A stretch of DNA of 64,000 bases from Thermodesulfobacteriota bacterium (GCA_034189385.1 JAXHVD010000014.1:17453-81452), one strand, 5' to 3'; positions 50,209 through 60,318 are shown, numbered from the stretch's first letter. The notes: generated by a model not told the origin, from the letters alone. Numbers and translations are program-made.

Positions 50209-51717
50209 TTATCTGATCTCAAATTGCGGCCGATAGTCCTCCACGATCGGAAAGTTGTCCAGGCGTTTGTGGATAGCAGCTTGAAGAAAGGAATTCACCC
50301 ACCAGTAGATGTCCTGCTTCTTTAGGGAGCCGCGCAGTCTCTTCATGCGCTGTCGTCTCTCCTCTTGCGTCATCTTGAAGGCCTGATAAAGGGCGTCTGC
50401 CACCCCTTCTGTGTCATGGGGGTTCACCAAAAGCGCCCCTTTTTGCAGTTGTGGCGCGGCACCGGCGAATTCGCTCAAGATAAGAACGCCATTCTCTTCC
50501 AGGCTTGCCGCACAATACTCCTTGGCGATCAGATTCATGCCGTCTTTAAAGGGGGTCACGAGGGCGATCTCGGCAGTACGGTAGTAAGCTACCAACTCAC
50601 TTCGGTCCAGGCTGCGGAAGACGTAGTGAATGGGTACCCACCCAGACTGCGTAAACTCCCCGTTGATCTCACCTACCAGACGCTCGATTTCTACCTTTAG
50701 ATTGCTATATTCCGCTATCTCTCGTCTGCTGGGCACCACCACCTGCACCAAAACCACCCTCTCCAGCAGCTCTGGATAACGGCGGAGGGCATTCCTGAAG
50801 GCCTCCAGCCTCTCGATAATGCCCTTGGTGTAGTCCAGCCGGTCAATACCCAGGATAATCTGTACTTCAGGCAGTTGTTCATGGATGAACCAGGCCTCAT
50901 CGGCCACCCCTTCGGTGGAGGCAAGATCGGCGAACTCTTTGAAGTCGATGCTGATGGGAAAGACGCCCACCCTCACGTGGCGGTCGCGAAATCTCATGGT
51001 AATGACCCTTCCCTTCCCCTGGACATAGACGCCCTTGACGAGACTGCGCACGCATTGGATGAAATTGCGCCGGTCACGCACGGTCTGAAAACCGATGAGG
51101 TTGTAATTCAAAAAGGACTCCAGGAGCTGAAACCTCCACGGGAGTCTCAGAAAAATGTCGAGGGGTGGGAAAGGGATGTGAAGGAAGAAACCGATGTCCT
51201 CGGTTACGCCCAAGCGGCGCAGCTCCCGCCCCACGTTGATGAGGTGGTAGTCGTGAACCCAGATGTAGTCATCAGTGGCTAAGTGTCCTTTGATCACCCG
51301 GGCAAATTTCCTGTTGACCCTTTGAAAGGCTGCCCAATAGGAGGGATCGAACTTGCACATGGAAGGAAAATCATGAAAAAGGGGCCAGGTAATCTCATTG
51401 GCGAATCCACAGTAGTACTTGTCTCTTTCCTCTGACGAGATGGCCACCGGCTTGAGCGTAAAGCCAGAGTTTTGGGTAAACTGTGCCAGGATTCCCTCCA
51501 ATTTCCCGCCAGAGGCCTCTGTTGTCCCTGGCCAGCCGACCCACAACCCGCCCCGATCCCTGAGCACTGGAGCAAGGGCCGTGACCAGCCCCCCAGATCC
51601 TGGTACGGCCCTCCAGCCTTTTCCCCGGTTTCTTTCCAAGACCACGGGGAGGCGATTGGAGACGATCAAAAGACGGGTCTTGAGGCTGCCTTGTTGATAA
51701 GCCTGGTTCGTTTCCAT
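50209..51717 (-). CDS. otsA: alpha,alpha-trehalose-phosphate synthase (GT20)
   Basis: 502 aa with [21 protein letters not shown] and LSEFAGAA motifs. Confidence 0.92.
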   Translation of the reverse strand: METNQAYQQGSLKTRLLIVSNRLPVVLERNRGKGWRAVPGSGGLVTALAPVLRDRGGLWVGWPGTTEASGGKLEGILAQFTQNSGFTLKPVAISSEERDKYYCGFANEITWPLFHDFPSMCKFDPSYWAAFQRVNRKFARVIKGHLATDDYIWVHDYHLINVGRELRRLGVTEDIGFFLHIPFPPLDIFLRLPWRFQLLESFLNYNLIGFQTVRDRRNFIQCVRSLVKGVYVQGKGRVITMRFRDRHVRVGVFPISIDFKEFADLASTEGVADEAWFIHEQLPEVQIILGIDRLDYTKGIIERLEAFRNALRRYPELLERVVLVQVVVPSRREIAEYSNLKVEIERLVGEINGEFTQSGWVPIHYVFRSLDRSELVAYYRTAEIALVTPFKDGMNLIAKEYCAASLEENGVLILSEFAGAAPQLQKGALLVNPHDTEGVADALYQAFKMTQEERRQRMKRLRGSLKKQDIYWWVNSFLQAAIHKRLDNFPIVEDYRPQFEIR

Positions 51718-51783
51718 GATGGAGCACCTTTCTCACCCCGCCGTTCATCCTGACGTTCGGGCGGGGCTGCCAATCAATAGATT

Positions 51784-52100
51784 AGTAACGTTCAAAAGTG
51801 TTGACTTAGTGGATTTCTGGACCACCAACTTCGAGATAGGGATAGTCGCTTCTCTTCGGCATTGAACCCTCCCCGCGGCAAGCCACGGGGAATCTTCACC
51901 GCAAGGATGTTGTCATTTTAACTATACACTCGCTAACCCCGCCGCAAGCAGCGGGGAATGCGCTCGCTTATTCGGTTCAATGCCTTTAGGTAGCCTATGC
52001 CATTTGTGTAGATGGCAATGGCTGTATGCCTGCGTTCAGCGATCATCCCTATCCCTCTGACTGTCTGCTAGGGCCTTTGCCTCAACTTTTGAACGTTACC
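51784..52100 (+). mobile_element. MITE family A, copy A4, carrying a nested family-B element (51862-51980)
   Basis: TIRs AGTAACGTTCAAAAGT ... ACTTTTGAACGTTACC. Perfect 8-bp direct repeat AATAGATT at 51776-51783 and 52101-52108. The interior matches A2 except for a 119-bp insert bounded by TTGAACC/GGTTCAA. Confidence 0.9.
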
Positions 52101-52106
52101 AATAGA

Positions 52107-52958
52107 TTAGAGAGTGGCTTTCTGCCAACGCCTAAAAAAGTCCAGCAACTCGTCGGGGGGCCGAAGCCAAAGATCGGCCTTTGTCTTTTTAAACTCCTCT
52201 CTCACCAGGACGCCCAGGCCCCGCGGGCTGTGCGTTTTAAGCGCGGTAAAGGCGTCTTCATCTGTAAGATCGTCGCCCAGATAGGCGGCTACGGTATCCA
52301 TCTGCATTTCAGCCAGGATGGTCTCAACCACTTCACCCTTTGTGATCCCCGGGGGCCGCAGCTCTAGACCGCCGTCAAAGGCCTGGAGGCAAAGGCTTGT
52401 TCCGGCCACCAGAAGCGGCACGTGGCCCAAGGCCTTTTCCTGCATTTTCCTTTTTTCCTGGTTCTTCATGCCCCGCCAATGCAAGGCCAGGCCAAAGGGT
52501 TTCCTCTCTAAGTGGGGCCCCCAACCCATCTCCGCCATCCAGGCGGCCGTGGCCTCCAGTGCTCGCCTGTCTTGCCTGGACAGCGTTCCCTTTTGATAGG
52601 TGCCGTCCGGCAAAAGCCTCTCCCCGCCGTGGGAGCCCCAGATCTCAGGTGGCTGCCTGAGGCCAAGGAGGGCAATGAGCTCCTCTGCACGACGTCCGCT
52701 CACGACCACCAGCCGGGTGGCGCCTTGTTCGATAATCTGCTTGAGGACCTCTACCACCCCCGGATATGGGAAGGCCTTGTCTCGCTTCACCTTAAAAGGA
52801 GCCAAGGTCCCATCATAGTCTAAGAGCAGGGTCCGGCTTTGGGATTGCTTAAGAGAGGAAAAGAACTGCGAAGGATGTCTTTCCTGATTGAGGACCTTCA
52901 TGGCTACGCCTGCGGTGGAAACCCTTGTGCCGCCTTGTCTTGGGACAAAACCTCCCAT
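52107..52958 (-). CDS. otsB: trehalose-phosphatase
   Basis: HAD motif LLLDYDGTLAP plus the GDD.TDE motif. Alternative start at ATG 52901. Confidence 0.88.
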   Translation of the reverse strand: MGGFVPRQGGTRVSTAGVAMKVLNQERHPSQFFSSLKQSQSRTLLLDYDGTLAPFKVKRDKAFPYPGVVEVLKQIIEQGATRLVVVSGRRAEELIALLGLRQPPEIWGSHGGERLLPDGTYQKGTLSRQDRRALEATAAWMAEMGWGPHLERKPFGLALHWRGMKNQEKRKMQEKALGHVPLLVAGTSLCLQAFDGGLELRPPGITKGEVVETILAEMQMDTVAAYLGDDLTDEDAFTALKTHSPRGLGVLVREEFKKTKADLWLRPPDELLDFFRRWQKATL

Positions 52959-53002
52959 TTCTGAACGGACAGGCCCTTGGTTGTCGTGCCCACCGATGGG
53001 GA

Positions 53003-54241
53003 CTATCCTAACTCGATCCTGTCCTGACAGCCATGGACGAGGGCCACCATGAGAGTAAGGTATTCTCTGAGTTGTCGGGTGATAAGAAAATTCTCACGCA
53101 CAAACTCCTTTGCCTTTTGTCCCATCTCCTGAAGTCTCCTGGGGCGCTCCAGCAGGTAGCGGACCCTCAAAGCTGCGCCCTCTGGCGTGTTGACCAAAAA
53201 ACCGGTGTGGTTATTGATGACCTGTAGCCTGATGCCGCCCGTGTTTCCGCCGATCACGGCTTTTCCCTTCCACAGGGCCTCTGTCACCGTCAGCCCGAAG
53301 CCCTCCTTGATCGACTTTTGCAGGACCACATCGGCACTCCGTTGCAGGGCATTGATCGTGCGGTGGGCATCCGCGGGCAAGTCCAACACATGGATGTCAC
53401 CGTCATTCTCAGAGAAGGCCTCCACCTCGCTCAGCACCAGTCTCCCCTCTGGGTCGTCATTGGCCTGACTTCCTGCTAAGACGAGCTGCAAGTCGGGGAC
53501 GTACTTTTTGGCCAACCTGAAGGCTTGGATGACACCAAGGGGGTCTTTGAACCGGTCGAAACGGGAGACCTGGAGCATGAGTGGCCTCTCAAGGTCAAGA
53601 CGGAACTGGTCGCAGACAGCTTTGAGCTCCTCCTCTTCAAGGTCCACGTTCTTTTCACTTAAGGGATCAATGCTGGGAGGAATCAGATACTGGGGATGGG
53701 GCAAGGGTTGGGCAAAATCAGACAGTGAAAAGATACTGGCATCAAAGGCCTCCAAGAACTTGCGTAAATACTTCCAGACAGGTCTGTAGGGATGGCTGAG
53801 ATCGATGTGGCAACGCCAAATCCATCTGCCCTTGCGCTTAGGACACAAAGAAAGAAGCGGAGCTGGTTGGGGATCATGAATGATCACGAGGTCTGCGGCC
53901 TCTAACAAAGGGGCCAGGGCCCGTGCACTCCGTTGGTTGGTCTCCTCGTAAGACTGGAGTAAAGCGTCTGGGATTTCAATCCTGTCCCCTTGCAGGGCAT
54001 TGTGGAAGCTTTTGGTACATTGAAAGAAGTTCTCATCTCCGGTGATGACTTCCCAGCTGGTGTCAATGCCCAAGGCCTGCATGAGGGGGACGAGCTTGAC
54101 CAGGATTTCGGCGACCCCTCCTCCAAGGCGGGTAGAGTTGACATGCACGACCCGGAGACCTTGCAGGCGCTCTGCCAGTTGGCCCAGTTGGTTGGTCACA
54201 TCTTCACCGGCTACCCTGGCGTATGCTTTGAGGATCTTCAT
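53003..54241 (-). CDS. treT: GT4 glycosyltransferase, trehalose glycosyltransferring synthase (TreT-like)
   Basis: N-terminus VHVNST..GGGVAEIL..LVPLM..LGI...W.VI.GD..FF..TK.FHNALQG matches the TreT pattern as I recall it. GT-B C-terminal EGFGLTVTEA. Confidence 0.75.
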   Translation of the reverse strand: MKILKAYARVAGEDVTNQLGQLAERLQGLRVVHVNSTRLGGGVAEILVKLVPLMQALGIDTSWEVITGDENFFQCTKSFHNALQGDRIEIPDALLQSYEETNQRSARALAPLLEAADLVIIHDPQPAPLLSLCPKRKGRWIWRCHIDLSHPYRPVWKYLRKFLEAFDASIFSLSDFAQPLPHPQYLIPPSIDPLSEKNVDLEEEELKAVCDQFRLDLERPLMLQVSRFDRFKDPLGVIQAFRLAKKYVPDLQLVLAGSQANDDPEGRLVLSEVEAFSENDGDIHVLDLPADAHRTINALQRSADVVLQKSIKEGFGLTVTEALWKGKAVIGGNTGGIRLQVINNHTGFLVNTPEGAALRVRYLLERPRRLQEMGQKAKEFVRENFLITRQLREYLTLMVALVHGCQDRIELG

Positions 54242-54248
54242 AAAAGGA

Positions 54249-54959
54249 CTACTTTCCGAAATAAGACTGGAACACGTTGCTCAGTTGCTCGCGCAGCTCC
54301 TTTAAACTGGAAAAAAAGGGGTCCAGCTTGGCCAAACGGGCACAAAGATCTTCATAGCCCTCAAAGCATCCCCCCAGCCAGGCCCTGAAGTCATCGACCC
54401 TGTCCTGGGTCCGCCGGCGACCATCTACAAAATGCAAGAACACACTGCCTAAGGACATGTGAGGCACGGCCTGGGCAAGCACTTCAGGGCGTTCAATCCG
54501 CTGGCGCGTGTCAAAGACAACGATCTGTGAGCGAACGAAATAGAACTGATTCTCTGGCTTGGCCCAAGAGACCAACTCGAATTCATCCAGGCGTTCTTCG
54601 ATGACCTCCACCAGCTCCTGACGCAGGGCCTCCAGGTCCGTGAAATCGGTGGGGTCAATGACGCCCAGTCTTTCGGCCAAAACCAGGTCCTGTAGGGCGT
54701 AACGGGTCCAAATGGCGAAATCATTGTGGTATTCGGGATCGTCGAAACGGGGTCGGAGGAGCCCCCCCCAAAAATGGTAGTAGATGCTCTCTGGGTGGAT
54801 GGTCAGCAGGTTGTCCCTGAGCTCTCGTAAATTCTGGGCTCGCTTGCCGGTGGCGATGGCGGCCAGGGCACAATCCTGCACTTTAAAAGGCTGCTTCCCT
54901 TCCCTTTGTGCTGAGTCGTTTTCCATGGATTCACGTTTGGGGTTTAGAAGATATCCCAC
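54249..54959 (-). CDS. hypothetical protein, DUF5752-like (TreT-associated)
   Basis: 236-aa ORF with the ...SIYYHFW... segment, 7 nt upstream of treT. Family assignment is from memory only. Start is GTG 54959 or ATG 54926. Confidence 0.5.
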   Translation of the reverse strand: MGYLLNPKRESMENDSAQREGKQPFKVQDCALAAIATGKRAQNLRELRDNLLTIHPESIYYHFWGGLLRPRFDDPEYHNDFAIWTRYALQDLVLAERLGVIDPTDFTDLEALRQELVEVIEERLDEFELVSWAKPENQFYFVRSQIVVFDTRQRIERPEVLAQAVPHMSLGSVFLHFVDGRRRTQDRVDDFRAWLGGCFEGYEDLCARLAKLDPFFSSLKELREQLSNVFQSYFGK

Positions 54960-55279
54960 CTCTGCGTTTCGGCAGGTAATCCACGACAGAAGCCCTGTCC
55001 AGCACAGTGGTAAAGGCCTTGATAGGTCTCAAATTCCTCAGAGGAGCCACAATGCGTGGTCTGTTCCCAACTATCCCTTATCATGTCTAAGCCCTTGGCT
55101 ACAACTGTAAACCTTTCTTTTCAGATGAAAACTTGACGGTTTCGCAAAAAGTCCGATTCGCTCGCTTCGCAAGCATTATTGGGATTCATCCTCCGCGACC
55201 CTTAATCGCCAAGACTCTCCACCGTGGCGGAGAAGAAAAGCACTTGAGCAGTTTGGCGTCAAAAACGCGAGCGGTAAAC

Positions 55280-55306
55280 TTGAATCTTTCTCATTTAAAC
55301 TATAAT
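55280..55306 (+). promoter_or_regulatory. candidate sigma70-type promoter for the HD-GYP gene
   Basis: TTGAAT (55280-55285), 15-nt spacer, TATAAT (55301-55306). The spacer is short. Confidence 0.3.
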
Positions 55307-55382
55307 ATAACAAAGTTGGTGTATTGACCAAAGGTGAACCCCCCAACGACACTAAGCTTGAATCCTTTAAGGAGGCTAGGTC

Positions 55383-56423
55383 ATGCTCAAGTTTAGAGAA
55401 CTTAAGGGACATAAAGATGATCATCATCTTAGAAAGGGTACTCCGGTCACAGGAGAAGAGATGGATGGCTTCAGGGCATCAAGGCCTGAACCGGGTGACC
55501 CAGACACTGATGGCATAACAGGTGATGAGAAGGGTCCACATCTCTATCAACAGGCTGTTGACTATTGTAACGAGACCTTCTCCGGGGTCAGGCGTAACAT
55601 GCCCATCTCCATGGACAGATGTTCGCGCATCATTTATAGCATGGTGGAGGCCTCAGTTGGTAATTCCCTCTATTCCAGAACTCTACACGGCCTAAATGGA
55701 ACGGATTTTCTTGTGAGCCATTCCGTCAATGTGGCTGTCTATTCCATCAAAATGGCTGCAGGTCTCGGTTTCAGTAGGCAAAAGCAGGTGGAATTGGGCA
55801 TGGCTGGCTTGCTCCATGACGTCGGCAAGTGCATGATTCCTGAAGAGGTTCTCTACAAGGGAGGGAGCCTCAGCGACGAGGAATTCCGTATGGTTCGAGA
55901 GGCCCCAAATCACGGATACGACCTTTTGAGATCTCTGGGGAAAAAATATGCCTATTTGGCCGAGTGCTGCCTGCAAGTCTACGAGCGGATCGACGGCACT
56001 GGTTACCCAAAGGGCCTTAAAGGAAACGAGATACACGAGTATGGCCAGATCATTGGATTGGTAAATTTTTACGAGGCCCTCACCCATTCACGGCCCCAAC
56101 GGGAGAAATTTCTTCATCTTGCAGCCGTGAAAGAGATCATCAAGTCCGGAAAAAGTGCCTTCCAGAGACACTATCTCAAGGCCCTTCTGAGAACCTTCCC
56201 CATTTTTCCATTAGATAGCTATGTGAAGCTGAATTCCAATGCCATCGGCAGGGTCACCGAGACTTATCTGGATCAGCCCATGAGGCCTAGGCTTCAGATT
56301 ATAAGCGACTCTCAGGGCAGCCCGGTGTTAACGGAGCAAGTCGTTAATCTGCCCGACCATCCCTTCTTATACATCGTCGATTCCGTGTCTAAGGCGGAAC
56401 TTGGGGAAGTCCTATTCCCTTAA
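55383..56423 (+). CDS. HD-GYP domain protein (putative c-di-GMP phosphodiesterase)
   Basis: HDVGK ... ERIDGTGYPKGL motifs. A strong AAGGAGG SD precedes the start. Confidence 0.85.
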   Translation: MLKFRELKGHKDDHHLRKGTPVTGEEMDGFRASRPEPGDPDTDGITGDEKGPHLYQQAVDYCNETFSGVRRNMPISMDRCSRIIYSMVEASVGNSLYSRTLHGLNGTDFLVSHSVNVAVYSIKMAAGLGFSRQKQVELGMAGLLHDVGKCMIPEEVLYKGGSLSDEEFRMVREAPNHGYDLLRSLGKKYAYLAECCLQVYERIDGTGYPKGLKGNEIHEYGQIIGLVNFYEALTHSRPQREKFLHLAAVKEIIKSGKSAFQRHYLKALLRTFPIFPLDSYVKLNSNAIGRVTETYLDQPMRPRLQIISDSQGSPVLTEQVVNLPDHPFLYIVDSVSKAELGEVLFP

Positions 56424-56778
56424 ACGTCACCGTCCCTTTTGGAAGTAGCAAGACGCCTGTCACCAGCCCTACCCAAAAGGCGGGGCACCTGTCAGACCAT
56501 GGCCTTCTCCTTCCGTGGAGTCTCCTCATGGCCCAAATGGCCTGAAGTTCACCTTGACATAGAGCAGCGTATCAGATACACATAATTCAATTAAATAGGA
56601 GACTTGCAATCATTCCATGGAAAAGGAGATGTGGTTTCGCTGACTTCGCCCGGTGGTGTGAAAGAAAATCGGCCTGTGGTTACCTTCAGGATTACCGGAT
56701 CTACCGGCTTTCCAGTTGCAGATGAAAAGCACTCTGTCTTAGCATTGTGATCATTGTGATCGGAATCGGAATGCGTCT

Positions 56779-57576
56779 ATGTACCTCACCTATTGGAAAC
56801 TGAAAGAGTTTCCCTTTGAGAATGTTCCAAACCCTCGCTTTTTTTTCTATTCCAGTCAACATGAGGAAGCGCTAGCACGGCTTTTGTATGCGACCCAACA
56901 CCAAAAGGGGGCAGCGCTGTTGACCGGTGAAGTGGGTTCTGGCAAGACCACAGTGGGCAGGGCATTCATGGATCAGTTGGGCCAATCAGAGTATCACGTG
57001 GTTTCCATCATCAACCCCGCCTTAAATCCCACTGAGCTTATTGGCGCTATTCTCCTAGAAATGGGATCGGAGGTGGCGTCCGATTCTAGGGGGGTCCTTT
57101 TGAGAAAGCTCTATCAACGGCTCCTCCAGAATGCCGAACAAGGGCTCAAGACCGTCCTTGTGGTCGATGAGGCTCAGGTCGTCGAGAGCAACGCCACCTT
57201 CGAGCAGTTGAGAATGCTTCTGAATATGCAAGCGAAGAATCGCTTTCTGCTCACGTTGATCCTTATGGGACAACCCTTGCTGAAAAAAAAGCTAGCTTCT
57301 GTCAGGCCATTGGACGAAAGGATATCCATCAAGTACCGCATGGAACCCTTCACCTTTAAAGATACGGTGCGATATATCTTGTCTCGGTTGAAAAAGGCCG
57401 GGGCGTCTAGCCCTTTGTTCACGAGACAATCGGTGGATCTGATTTATGACTACTCCCACGGGATCCCCTTGCGTATCAACAATATTTGCGATCGCAGTCT
57501 CTTGATAGGGCTCATGAAAAAGGCCAAGATCATAGACTCGAAGATTGCATTAGATGCTATTGAGGAGTTTCAATAA
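56779..57576 (+). CDS. ExeA-like AAA ATPase (secretion/EPS-locus associated)
   Basis: F...PF...P.P.F.Y.S..H..AL..L start, Walker A GEVGSGKTT, Walker B VLVVDEAQ. 265 aa. Confidence 0.8.
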   Translation: MYLTYWKLKEFPFENVPNPRFFFYSSQHEEALARLLYATQHQKGAALLTGEVGSGKTTVGRAFMDQLGQSEYHVVSIINPALNPTELIGAILLEMGSEVASDSRGVLLRKLYQRLLQNAEQGLKTVLVVDEAQVVESNATFEQLRMLLNMQAKNRFLLTLILMGQPLLKKKLASVRPLDERISIKYRMEPFTFKDTVRYILSRLKKAGASSPLFTRQSVDLIYDYSHGIPLRINNICDRSLLIGLMKKAKIIDSKIALDAIEEFQ

Positions 57577-57676
57577 GACGGCCAGCCTGGGCCCTTTCTG
57601 CCCTTGTCTGTCAGGGCCATGACCGCTTTGTGGCCTGTGCATCTAAATGGGGAGCTTGTGTTGACCTGAGGGGAAG

Positions 57677-59848
57677 ATGAGAAAATTTCAAGCGATGAAA
57701 CGACTCTTGGTCTTGTCGGTGTTGCTGGGAACCGTGATGGCCATGGGATGCGCTGAGAAGAAGGAAATCGTCAGACCTATTGGTTGGACCATGAAAAGTA
57801 GCGGGCCTGTGTCATCGGGCCAGTATCGTGGCCTTGCTCTCGCTGATTTAGACAACGACGGGAACACGGATGTCGTCGGGGGCTCTCTCCATCCTGGAAC
57901 CATCACCGTATGGCATGGGGATGGCAAGGGAGGATGGTCCGATCCTAGTTTCATTCCCGTCAAAGGACAGATCCGCTCCGTGGCCACAGCAGATTTTAAT
58001 GAAGATGGCCTTCAAGACATTGTCTACTCAGTCCAAGATGGAGCCTTTGGAGTGCGGGTAAAACTGAACCAGCCGAGTGGCATTTGGACAAGTGGCATCA
58101 GTGCCATTGAGAAGAGCCAATATGAGCGTCTAAAGACGGCAGACGTGAATGGAGATGGCCACGTGGATATCATCGCGGCCAATTCAACCTCCGACATTGA
58201 TGGAGGTATCCAGATTTGGTTGGGAGACGGAACAGGCCGGTGGACGTTGGAATCAGGCCCGGTAAACACAAACGTATACATAGACGTGGCACTGGCCGAC
58301 TTCGACAGGGACGGGAATCTTGATGTGGTTGGGGCCGGCTGGGGCCCCTACGGCACCTTGCATGTCTGGCTTGGAGACGGCTACGGGGGATGGTCACCGA
58401 TGTTGCCTTTGGAAAAGGGCAGCTACTACGGTCTGTCAGCCGGAGATCTGGACGGCGACGGAAACCTAGATATTCTGGCCGCTTCCTACCAACAAGGCAT
58501 CCAGGTTTTTCTCGGGGACGGTGATGGAGACTTCGTGAAAGGCAAAAGCCCTGCAGAGGGGGGAAGCTTCTGGGAGGTTCTCATAGCCGACCTCGACGGC
58601 GATCACAAAATGGATCTGCTTGCCAGTTCTATTGACTCGAAAGGCATACAGGCATGGAGTTCCAAAAATGTGCTGCAATGGAGGAAAGAAGAGAAGAAGG
58701 AAGATAGGGAGCCCTGGTCTCCTATAGAAGGTCGGTTTCCATCATCGGGCGTCTATTACGACATGGACGTCCTCGACCTTGACGGGGATGGTGTTCATGA
58801 TGTGTGCGCAACCAGTTATGGTGAGGGGATCAAAGTGTGGCTAGGTACCGGTGGTTTTTCTGAACAAAGGGCCCAGAAGCGACCCGCAGTCATGGAACCA
58901 TCTCCCTTGACAGAGGTTGAGGAAAACAGTGCCTTTAAGACCATATCTGGCATGCCAGAGTATAAGCTGGGGCCAAGTGATCTTATTGAGATTACGGTCT
59001 GGAAGGGCATGGAGGCAAGAACAGAGGAGGTACTGGTCAAGCCTGACGGGAAGATATCGTTCGGATACGTGGACAAGCTTTATGTAAACGGCATGACCCA
59101 AAGTGAGTTGGAGCATTGCCTTGCCCAAAAGCTCAAACAATACATACGGGAGCCACGGGTGGACGTCAACATGAAGCGCTTTGCAAGCAAGTCGTTCAGT
59201 GTGTTAGGCGCCATTTCCACGGCAAGGCATGACCGAGGCCCCGGCGACTACCGACTTACAGGCAGAGTCACTGTGTTGCAGGCCCTTGGAACAGCAGGTG
59301 GACCTACAAGAGATGCCAATCTCCGTGAGGTGAGTCTTCGTCGGAGAGATGGTACAACGATGGTACTCAACCTGTACAAGGCCATTGTTCAGGGTGATAA
59401 GACGCAAGACATTGTGATTGATGATGCAGATATTGTGTTCGTCCCCACCATGTCCAAGGAGAAATCACTCGTTTACGTCCTTGGAGAGGTTGAAAAACCG
59501 GGCGCCTATCCCTTCGAGCGGGAGATCACAGTCCTGGAGGCCATATCAAGGGCTGGGGGATTTACGACTTACGCAACACTTGAGAGCACCAAGATCATCA
59601 GAGGGGACATATCCAGGCCTGAGGTGCTCCCTGCCAATCTTCAAAGGTTATTCAAGAAGGCCGATCAAAGCCAAAACATCGTCCTTGCCAACAAAGATGT
59701 GGTCTATATTCCTAGGAGTTTCATCGGCGACGTGAACGAGTTCATTGAGAAAATCAGGCCCTCCTTGCGGGTTGTCCTCTGGCCGGGTGACTTCCGAGAT
59801 GCCTATATGGACACGGATAGACTTCGTATCACAAACTATAACGACTAA
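57677..59848 (+). CDS. FG-GAP repeat beta-propeller fused to a polysaccharide export (Wza/OPX-type) domain, lipoprotein
   Basis: Lipobox-like AMGC. Seven DxDxDG-type FG-GAP/VCBS repeats in residues about 55-390. The C-terminal half has a Poly_export-like segment (YKLGPSDLIEITVW) and SLBB-like repeats. Confidence 0.8.
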   Translation: MRKFQAMKRLLVLSVLLGTVMAMGCAEKKEIVRPIGWTMKSSGPVSSGQYRGLALADLDNDGNTDVVGGSLHPGTITVWHGDGKGGWSDPSFIPVKGQIRSVATADFNEDGLQDIVYSVQDGAFGVRVKLNQPSGIWTSGISAIEKSQYERLKTADVNGDGHVDIIAANSTSDIDGGIQIWLGDGTGRWTLESGPVNTNVYIDVALADFDRDGNLDVVGAGWGPYGTLHVWLGDGYGGWSPMLPLEKGSYYGLSAGDLDGDGNLDILAASYQQGIQVFLGDGDGDFVKGKSPAEGGSFWEVLIADLDGDHKMDLLASSIDSKGIQAWSSKNVLQWRKEEKKEDREPWSPIEGRFPSSGVYYDMDVLDLDGDGVHDVCATSYGEGIKVWLGTGGFSEQRAQKRPAVMEPSPLTEVEENSAFKTISGMPEYKLGPSDLIEITVWKGMEARTEEVLVKPDGKISFGYVDKLYVNGMTQSELEHCLAQKLKQYIREPRVDVNMKRFASKSFSVLGAISTARHDRGPGDYRLTGRVTVLQALGTAGGPTRDANLREVSLRRRDGTTMVLNLYKAIVQGDKTQDIVIDDADIVFVPTMSKEKSLVYVLGEVEKPGAYPFEREITVLEAISRAGGFTTYATLESTKIIRGDISRPEVLPANLQRLFKKADQSQNIVLANKDVVYIPRSFIGDVNEFIEKIRPSLRVVLWPGDFRDAYMDTDRLRITNYND

Positions 59849-59988
59849 CAGGCTGTTGAAAAACGTCACGAGCGCGGTCAAGACAAGGCAAAATCCGACG
59901 AAAAAGCGCAGTTTATGTGTAATAAATGAGCATTTTGAGGAGGATTTTAACGCCGTATTGTCAAGCGCAGTAGTTTTTCAACAGCCTG
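59849..59988. mobile_element. MITE-like element D (140 bp)
   Basis: Perfect 16-bp TIRs CAGGCTGTTGAAAAAC / GTTTTTCAACAGCCTG. Flanked by a 4-bp direct repeat CTAA (59845-59848 and 59989-59992). Confidence 0.8.
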
Positions 59989-60085
59989 CTAAGTGCTCTC
60001 ATTGAAAGTGGTGGTAAAGCCAGACATGGCCTTTTCAACGCAGGGGCTGAGAGCGCAATGCCCCTGTGCTTTTGCCCATCTTTAA

Positions 60086-60318
60086 GAGAGCTTTGCATAA
60101 CTCTTTCGAACGGTCGTTGTGAGCCCTGTAGTGCAAGGACGATTGTACCAGCGAGTGACGCACAAAGCGCCAATACACCAAGATGGCGCCTCCCCGTCGT
60201 GCCTGATGGCACAACAGGGTAAACTTTTTGGGGCACCCATTCGGCTGCTGTGAGCGGTTCGCCGTGGCGAATCAAAAAGCTTATATGAACAAGCGAGAAG
60301 GGGTTCTGCAAAGGTCTT
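60086..60318 (-). repeat. repeat family C, copy C2 (about 233 bp)
   Basis: Starts with GAGAGCTTTGCATAAC and ends with GTTCTGCAAAGGTCTT. Its reverse complement shares three modules with 29936-30179. Confidence 0.75.

Noticed and set aside
55140-55275. Possible additional repeat-family member (GCAAAAAGTCCGATTCGCTCGCTTCGC ... GTCAAAAACGCGAGCGG)
   Set aside because: It has only short, loose resemblance to the interior of element D and to the CGCTCGCT cores of family B. No TIRs or flanking duplication were found.
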